This document shows, in pieces, positions 57,768 to 64,000 of a DNA stretch of 64,000 nucleotides (its first letter is position 1; each line of letters opens with the position of its first letter). The notes beneath the pieces were generated by a model that worked only from the letters and a program-made list of their open reading frames with translations, did not search any database and had not been told where the DNA came from. The stretch lies in the NCBI GenBank assembly GCA_039588275.1, contig JBDHAC010000007.1, positions 18,413 to 82,412 of the forward strand, read 5' to 3'. The position numbers and the translations under genes were made by a program. This DNA is from Gemmatimonadota bacterium (GTDB taxonomy: Bacteria > Gemmatimonadota > Gemmatimonadetes > Palauibacterales > Palauibacteraceae).

Positions 57768-59083
57768 TCCGCCGTTATGCGCCCCAGTATGAGCGGGCGC
57801 TCGAGGCCCTCGTCGGGTGCCGCGTCGGTGATTTGAATCGCATCCTGCAGCCGCTCCACCGCCCGGCGCGCCCCTGCCTCGTCGCGGGCGTGGATCGCGA
57901 CCAGCGGCTCGCCGCCCTCCACGATGGCGCCCACCCGCGTCTCGACGATGAACCCGACGGCCAGGTCCACGCTGTCTTCGACGCGTCTTCTGCCCGCGCC
58001 GAGCTCGAGCGCGGTAAGACCGATGCGCCTCGCGTCCACGCGCGCGACCCGGCCGGAGCGCGGGGCTTCGTAGACGGCCTGAACGGGGGCGGACGGGAGC
58101 GATGACGGATCTTCGACGATGCCCGGGTCTCCACCCTGTCTCTCGACCAGCCGCGCGAAGCGCTGCGCGGCGCGTCCGCTGGCGAGGATGTCCTCCAGGG
58201 CGCGGCGGGCGGCGGGCGTCGTGTCGGCGATGCCGGCGCTCACCAGCAGCTCGGCGGACAGGGCGAGGGTGACCTCGCGGAGGTCGGCCGGGCCCCCGTC
58301 CGCCAGGGCGTCCAGAGCCTCGCGCACCTCGAGCGAGTGGCCCACCGCCTCACCCAGCGGCTCGTCCATCGCGGTCAGCAGCGCCGTGGCGCGCAGGCCT
58401 TCGGCAGCGGCCAACCCGACCATCACACGGGCCAGTGCTTCGGCGTCCTCCCGGCTTTGCATGAACGCACCGCGGCCGCACTTGACGTCCAGCACCAGGG
58501 CGGAGATTCCCTCCGCCACCTTCTTCGAGATGATGCTCGAGGCGATGAGCGGGATGGACTGGACCGTCCCGCTCACGTCTCGCAGCGCGTACAGCCTCCC
58601 ATCGAGCGGCGCGATCTCGGGGGTCTGACCGATCATCGCGCAACCGACGTCGGCGAGAACGGCCCGGAATTCCTCCAGATCGATCCGTGTCTGGAAGCCT
58701 GGGATCGACTCGAGCTTGTCGAGGGTGCCCCCGGTATGGCCGAGGCCGCGGCCCGACATCATCGGGACGCGCAGGCCGGCCTCGGCCACGAGCGGCGCCA
58801 GAATCAACGACACCTTGTCGCCGACTCCACCGGTCGAGTGCTTGTCGACGGCCGGCGGACCGCCGTCGTCGAAGTCGAGTCGCGCACCGGACCCGATGAT
58901 CGCGCGCGTGAGGGCGGTGAGCTCCGTGGCACTCAGTCCGCGGAAGAAGACGGCCATCAGGAAGGAGGCCATCTGGTACTCGGCGATGTCCCCGCTCAGG
59001 TAGCCGGCGAGGAACTCGTCGAGCTCGGCGGCCGAGAGCTCTTCCCCGTCCCGCTTTCGTTCGATCAGCTCAGCGACGAGCAT
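57764..59083 (-). CDS. pdp: Pyrimidine-nucleoside/thymidine phosphorylase
   Basis: VDKHSTGGVGDK, MSGRGLGHTGGTLDKLESIPG, LYALRDV, IASSIISKK. Confidence 0.95.
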   Translation of the reverse strand: MLVAELIERKRDGEELSAAELDEFLAGYLSGDIAEYQMASFLMAVFFRGLSATELTALTRAIIGSGARLDFDDGGPPAVDKHSTGGVGDKVSLILAPLVAEAGLRVPMMSGRGLGHTGGTLDKLESIPGFQTRIDLEEFRAVLADVGCAMIGQTPEIAPLDGRLYALRDVSGTVQSIPLIASSIISKKVAEGISALVLDVKCGRGAFMQSREDAEALARVMVGLAAAEGLRATALLTAMDEPLGEAVGHSLEVREALDALADGGPADLREVTLALSAELLVSAGIADTTPAARRALEDILASGRAAQRFARLVERQGGDPGIVEDPSSLPSAPVQAVYEAPRSGRVARVDARRIGLTALELGAGRRRVEDSVDLAVGFIVETRVGAIVEGGEPLVAIHARDEAGARRAVERLQDAIQITDAAPDEGLERPLILGRITAD

Positions 59084-59128
59084 GTCCGTCGATCTGCCAG
59101 CCCGCCGAAGAGGCCGAAGAGGTCGAGG

Positions 59129-59416
59129 TCAGTTCCTGGATGCGCGGCCTCCGCGTCGCACGGTGTCGCGCAGCCTGCCCCCGGATTTCTCTGCAACCTT
59201 GATCGCGTCCTCGGCCACGCGGCGTACTTCGTCCGTGGCGTCCTGCAACCGCTCGCTGGCAGTTTCCCCCCAGTCCTCTGCCGTGCGTGCGATATGTCTG
59301 CGCGTACGGCGGCCGGACTGAGGTGCCATCAGTAGCGCGGCCCCCGCGCCCAGCAGCGCACCAAGGGCCAAACCGGTGACGAAGCTGAATGCCGCTCGCT
59401 CGTCCTCGTTGTACAT
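59129..59416 (-). CDS. YtxH-domain protein
   Basis: FVTGLALGALLGAGAALLMAPQSGRRTR. Confidence 0.9.
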   Translation of the reverse strand: MYNEDERAAFSFVTGLALGALLGAGAALLMAPQSGRRTRRHIARTAEDWGETASERLQDATDEVRRVAEDAIKVAEKSGGRLRDTVRRGGRASRN

Positions 59417-59578
59417 CGTCTCATCTCCTGCTCGATCCCATCACCGCGCGTTCCGAGCCGCCCGCGCCGGACCCCACACCTCGGGAAGGTACCTGCTCCG
59501 GTTCGTCTCGGTTGAGCGCTCTCGCCCGGCGCGTACGAAAGCTTGTACCCGCGGAGGCCCGTGTCTAGGTTTCAGCTG

Positions 59579-60097
59579 ATGAGCGCTCGATCCGGAAAGC
59601 CCCAGGTCTCCTTCCCCTCTTCGGCCCTCACCCTACTCTCGAGACGGTGCTCCGAGCTCGGGAGTGACGGCGTGCGAGCCATGCGCGAGGCCGGCTACAG
59701 AGCCGGTGCCGATCTCTACACGGAGCTCGGTGAGAACCCCGACCGACTGTCCGCGCCCGCGTTCTGGAGAGCGGTCGACGGCGCCATCGGCCGGCTGGGG
59801 TGGGGCTCGATCTCGTTCGAGACGGTGGGCCCCGGGGTCGGAACGGTGGTTTGGGAGGGATCGCCCGAGGCGGACGGCCCGGGCTCCTCCTCGCCCCGCG
59901 CGCGATGTCACCTGGCGGCAGGTCTGCTGGGTGGATTGCTCAGCCGGGCCGCGGGCCGCACGGTGGCGGTGTACGAAGCCCGGTGTCGCGCGGGCGAAAG
60001 TGGGCCGTGCTGGTTCCTGCTCGGGGGGAGGGACCACCTCAGAGAGGTGCACAAATCGGCGGTCGCCGGCTCATTGCGCGAGGTGCTGGCCCCCTGA
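59579..60097 (+). CDS. Stand-alone V4R-domain protein
   Basis: LGWG, CHLAAGLLGG, EARCRAG...CWF. Confidence 0.82.
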   Translation: MSARSGKPQVSFPSSALTLLSRRCSELGSDGVRAMREAGYRAGADLYTELGENPDRLSAPAFWRAVDGAIGRLGWGSISFETVGPGVGTVVWEGSPEADGPGSSSPRARCHLAAGLLGGLLSRAAGRTVAVYEARCRAGESGPCWFLLGGRDHLREVHKSAVAGSLREVLAP

Positions 60098-60534
60098 ACG
60101 AACCCCCGGGCCGCGTCGTGGGCCTCGATTATGGCCGGCGGCGGATCGGAGTCGCCGTCTCGGACCCTACCCGTACGATCGCCTCTCCACATGCCGTGAT
60201 CGACCGTCCGCCGGGAGGCGGCGAGGCGCCGGATGCCCTGGTCCGGCTGATCGACGGACTGCGACCCTCGACCGTCGTAGTGGGTATTCCCTTTCAACTC
60301 GACGGGGATGAGGGCGAGATGGCCCGCGAGGCCCGGGCGTTCGCGACGGCGTTGCGATCTCGGATCGATATGCCCGTGGTCGAGTGGGACGAGCGCTTGA
60401 GCACGGTACGTGCGGAGCGGGAGATTCGGGCCATGGAGCTGCCGCGAAAGCGCCGGCGCGAGAAGGGAATCGCCGACAAGGTGGCGGCGGCGCTCATCCT
60501 GGACGGATACCTGCGGAGTCGAGCGGAGTCGTGA
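60094..60534 (+). CDS. ruvX: Holliday junction resolvase-like nuclease YqgF/RuvX
   Basis: GLDYGRRRIGVAVSD, VVGIP, WDERLST, DKVAAALIL. Start is either CTG 60094 (overlapping upstream stop) or GTG 60118. Confidence 0.93.
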   Translation: MNEPPGRVVGLDYGRRRIGVAVSDPTRTIASPHAVIDRPPGGGEAPDALVRLIDGLRPSTVVVGIPFQLDGDEGEMAREARAFATALRSRIDMPVVEWDERLSTVRAEREIRAMELPRKRRREKGIADKVAAALILDGYLRSRAES

Positions 60535-61542
60535 GTGCCACTGGTTCGAGGTAGCTGGCGCCGGGGAGCTCTCGTCGCCCTGGGCATGGCGTGGGCCGGT
60601 GCCGCGCTCGCGTGCGGGAGGGGCGAGGGGCCGCCGGCCGGGACCGAGGTCGACGTGCGCATTCCCTCGGGGGCGACGACCCGGACGATCGGAACGGAGC
60701 TCCAGCGCGTCGGTCTGATCGCCTACCCCAGGGCCTTTGCCCTGTACGTGCGCATCAAGGGCGCGCAGCGCGAGCTGAAGGCGGGGCACTACCGGTTTCG
60801 GGTGGGCCAGAGTTGGGGCGAGCTCCTGGCGGCCATACGCGCCGGCGATCTCGTCACCGTCCCGCTCACGATCCCGGAGGGCTTCACGCTGCGAGAGATG
60901 GCACCGCGGATCGCGGACCTCAGCGGGCTTCCGGAGGATTCGGTCCGCGGGCTGCTCGAGGACCCCGCGCTTGCCGAGCAGATGGGCGTCCCCGGGCCGA
61001 CCCTCGAGGGCTACCTGTTCCCGGAAACGTACAGGTTCTCCGAGGGACTCGGCGTCGAGACCATGGTCGGGGAGTTGGTCGCCAGGTATCGGTCCTTCTG
61101 GGGGCCCCGCGAGCGGGCGCTCGCGAACTCGCTCGAGCTCACCGAGCGCGAGGTCGTGACTCTGGCCAGCATCGTCGAAGAGGAGGCCCGGCGGGGCGAC
61201 GAGCGCCCCCGGATCGCGGGAGTGTACCTCAACCGGTTGCGGATCGGGATGCTCCTCCAGGCGGATCCGACGGTCCAATACGCGCTGGGAGAGCCGAAGC
61301 CGCGTCTCCTGTTCCAGGACATCGACAGCGTCGCCGACAACCCTTACAACACGTACACGCAGCCGGGGTTGCCACCCGGTCCGATCGCATCGCCGGGTGA
61401 GGCGTCGCTGCGCGCCGTCCTCGAGCCGGAGGAGCACGATTTCCTGTTCTTCGTGGCGCGGCCCGACGGTTCGCACGTATTCAGCCGCACCTCCCGGGAG
61501 CATGTGAACGCGATCAACCGCATCCGCCGCGGTCAGGGGTGA
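60535..61542 (+). CDS. mltG: Endolytic transglycosylase
   Basis: TIPEG, LEGYLFPETY, LASIVEEE, LQADPTVQY, PYNTY..GLPPGPI. Confidence 0.96.
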   Translation: MPLVRGSWRRGALVALGMAWAGAALACGRGEGPPAGTEVDVRIPSGATTRTIGTELQRVGLIAYPRAFALYVRIKGAQRELKAGHYRFRVGQSWGELLAAIRAGDLVTVPLTIPEGFTLREMAPRIADLSGLPEDSVRGLLEDPALAEQMGVPGPTLEGYLFPETYRFSEGLGVETMVGELVARYRSFWGPRERALANSLELTEREVVTLASIVEEEARRGDERPRIAGVYLNRLRIGMLLQADPTVQYALGEPKPRLLFQDIDSVADNPYNTYTQPGLPPGPIASPGEASLRAVLEPEEHDFLFFVARPDGSHVFSRTSREHVNAINRIRRGQG

Positions 61543-62186
61543 TGAGCCTGCGGGCCGACCGTCTGCGGGCCGACCGCCTGCAGCTCATGGTCATCACGCA
61601 CCCGCGCCCGGCATGTGGGCGCCCGCTCGAAGATGTCGTGGCCGAGTGCTGCGACGCCGGGGCCACCTCGATCGAGCTGCGGGACAAGGAGGCCACCGGC
61701 GAGGAGCTGCTCCGGCATACCGAGGCGCTGCTGGCGGTCACTCGCGCTCGCGATGCCTTGTTGATCATCAACGATCGGATGGATGTGGCGTTGGCGGCCG
61801 GTGCCGATGGGGTGCACCTCGGCCCCGACGATCTCCCTGTCGAGGCCGCCCGTCGCATCGCGCCCCGCGGATTCCTGCTCGGCTACTCGACGGACGATCC
61901 CGACGAGGCCCGGACCGCCGCGCGGGCGGGGGCCGACTACCTGGGGGTCGGCGCCGTGTACGGCACCCGCTCCAAGCCCGGGCTGGAGGACGAGGCGATA
62001 GGCCCGGAGCGCGTCCGCGCGGTGCTCGAGGCCGCTGCGCTCCCTGGCGTCGGCATCGGGGGAATCACGGCGGAGAATGCCGGCGCCGTGGCGCGGGCGG
62101 GGGCCGGCGTAGCGGTCCTCAGTGCGGTGATGGGCGCCGACGAGCCCGGACGCGCCGTGCGGGCGATCGTGGAGGCGCTCGGCTAG
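61539..62186 (+). CDS. thiE: Thiamine-phosphate synthase
   Basis: ELRDK, IINDRMDVA, ADGVHLG, GADYLGVG, TRSK, IGGIT. Confidence 0.95.
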   Translation: MMSLRADRLRADRLQLMVITHPRPACGRPLEDVVAECCDAGATSIELRDKEATGEELLRHTEALLAVTRARDALLIINDRMDVALAAGADGVHLGPDDLPVEAARRIAPRGFLLGYSTDDPDEARTAARAGADYLGVGAVYGTRSKPGLEDEAIGPERVRAVLEAAALPGVGIGGITAENAGAVARAGAGVAVLSAVMGADEPGRAVRAIVEALG

Positions 62187-62248
62187 ACTCGGATCGGAGC
62201 TGGTCAGCGGCCGGTCTGGAGCCGGTCTTGAGCGGGCCTCGGCCGGGT

Positions 62249-63594
62249 CTACGGACCGTCTGGCTTGCGTCGGCCGGACGCGCGCTTGATGCCGCTCGTT
62301 CCCTTGCCTCCGCCGGACGACCCTGTGGCATTGGGTGCGGTCCTGTTGGTCCCGCGCGTCGGTTGCACGCCCCGCACACCGGTCGGGCGCGTCCGTGTGG
62401 AGGGTAGCGCACGCGGGGAGTGAGGACCGCTCCGCGAGCTACCCACACGCCGGACCTCGACGACCGATCCACTGGTCGAACCGAAGCCCCGGGAGGGCAG
62501 CGAGCGCGCACCGCCAAGCGTCGGGAAGCCGCGATCCCGCCCGCTCAGCCGGGTGGCATCTCTGGGCGTGTACGTGCCCCCTCTCAGCCAGGTCGCACCA
62601 CCCGCACCCCCAAGGGGCCCGGCGTACCGGTCATCCGGCAACCTTACCGGGCTCCGGCACGTATCCGAGGCGCGGTAGGGTTCAGGGCTCCTGAAAGCGG
62701 TTGGCGCGTGGTACACCCCTTCGACCTCGTACGGCTTCTCCACGGCCACCCTCGGACCGACCCCCGTTTCTTCGAGAGCGGGGAGCGACTTCGGCACGAG
62801 CGGCGGCTCCGGTGCGATCGGGCTTGCCTCCTCATCGGTCTCCTCACCGGTCGTCCCGCGGGTCGGCTCGCCCATGCGAAGCACCTCCCGGGACTGCAGG
62901 AGCGCGATCGCCCGCGCGCCAAGCAGGGCGTCCACTGGGCCGGGCCGCTGGCATAGGCCCCGGTCGAAGAGCTGGGTCTCCCAGTACGTCGCCCACTCGG
63001 GTCCGGGTCCCGCCGGATACTCGGGCACGAGGTCTTCCACCAGTCGATCGACGGTTCCGCCGAAGCCCGCCGAGGCGAAGAAGAAGTTGCTGGGCGCGGG
63101 CCGGAGCGCGAAGGAGACTTCCCCCCGAAGCCGATCCAGTCGAAGCGGATGTTCGGAGGCGATGATCAGGCGGTAGTTGAGCGGTGCCGCGCAGCTTACG
63201 AAGACGCCGGTCTCGCCGGTAAAACGAGCGATGGCGTAGAGACCGGGGCCGACCCGGCGCTGGGTGGAGCGCACGTCGTACGGGTAGACGGCCCGCACGT
63301 GCCCTGCGGGGCGACCTCGAAGATCGCCACGTACGCCGGCCGCGTCACATAGAACGAGACGAATGCCGAGGCTTCGTTGGGTCCCGAGAACCACACCTCG
63401 AGCGGCTCATCGTACCACGGGTCGCCGGGCCTGCCCGACCCGGGGCCCCAGCACCCGGACACTCCGAGCAGCAGCGCGACAAAGGCGGATAGGAGCGCCG
63501 AGCTAGTAGCCTTGTCTTGGCGGTTCGGCCCGCTGCGACGTGCGTGGGTCGGGCCGGGGCTCGAATCGGTGGGCGGTGCGAACTCGCCTGTCAT
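62249..63594 (-). pseudogene. DUF4384-like lipoprotein gene interrupted by a 1-nt frameshift near 63301-63304
   Basis: Frame A (GAGGAGG RBS, VSGC lipobox, ...AYVAIFEVAPQG) continues naturally in frame B (HVRAVYPY...LIIASEHPL). Confidence 0.65.
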
Positions 63595-63701
63595 CACGAC
63601 CTCCTCGGGGACTCCCGAGCGCGCGTCCTGATCGTGCGTCATGTGGGGGTCAACGCCAAGACGACGCATGAGGTCGAAACGTCACATCCAGGTGCGATGG
63701 C

Positions 63702-63734
63702 AAAAGCCCCGAGATCCGTTGGACCTCGGGGCTT
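63702..63734 (-). terminator. rRNA operon terminator
   Basis: Minus strand AAGCCCCGAG...CTCGGGGCTT stem ending in a T4 run, about 10 nt after 5S. Confidence 0.85.
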
Positions 63735-63744
63735 CGCGACAAAG

Positions 63745-63862
63745 GGCCGGCAGCGACCTACTCTCCCAGAGCGTCTCCGCCCAAGTACCATCGGCGCTGA
63801 GGGGCTTAACTGCTGGGTTCGGGATGGGACCAGGTGTGTCCCCCTCGCGAAAGCCACCGGCC
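63745..63862 (-). rRNA. rrf: 5S ribosomal RNA
   Basis: Minus strand GGCCGGTGGC...CACCTGGTCCCATCCCGAACCCAGCAGTTAAG...CGCCGATGGTACT...GGGAGAGTAGGTCGCTGCCGGCC. Confidence 0.97.
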
Positions 63863-63968
63863 AGACCTGACGCCCGTCCTCACGCATGGAGTCGGGCGCA
63901 TCTATAGCAATCAGAAGTGGTGTGAGCGTAAAGACACGAGTGTATTGAGATCGCGTATCGAAAAAGAG

Positions 63969-64000
63969 GGATCAAGCCTCACGGCCGATTAGTACGGCTC
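63969..64000 (-). rRNA. rrl: 23S ribosomal RNA, 3' end (partial)
   Basis: Minus strand ...GTACTAATCGGCCGTGAGGCTTGATC matches the conserved 23S 3' terminus, about 105 nt upstream of 5S. Confidence 0.9.

Noticed and set aside
63863..63968. tRNA in the 23S-5S spacer or after 5S
   Set aside because: No cloverleaf or T-loop motif found.
1..64000. Prophage, integrative element or defence island
   Set aside because: No integrase, transposase, phage structural, restriction or toxin-antitoxin genes recognised; composition looks uniform by eye.

Overview
High-GC bacterial chromosomal window with about 57 protein-coding genes, ending in the 3' end of a minus-strand rRNA operon (23S 3' end, 5S, terminator). 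The gene repertoire suggests Gemmatimonadota; this is inference from the ADOP-type permease, stand-alone SusC/SusD pair, plug-only TonB-type protein and the ytxH/V4R/ruvX/mltG/thiE cluster. Most genes are housekeeping or metabolic (TRAP transporter, glutaryl-CoA dehydrogenase, folE, folK, aroB, lysA, ggt, tyrS, PBP1A, pyrimidine nucleoside phosphorylase). No integrase, transposase, prophage or CRISPR array was seen. The most notable observations are: (1) a probably leaderless, His/Cys-rich upstream ORF ending in a RAPP arrest-like motif, heading a porin-ZnuA-ZnuB operon that has no ATPase gene and lies opposite a ZIP transporter; (2) a 275-bp non-coding element with perfect 23-bp terminal inverted repeats and two oppositely oriented, related internal stem-loop modules; (3) a 6S-like RNA with its own sigma70 promoter and terminator directly upstream of folE; (4) a translationally coupled pair of flavodoxin-less, non-canonical flavodiiron-like MBL proteins plus NmrA, divergent from a PAS-GGDEF-EAL gene; (5) a short LeuA-family synthase clustered with an IDH-family enzyme and glutaryl-CoA dehydrogenase. 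All calls come from reading motifs by eye; no database searches were run.
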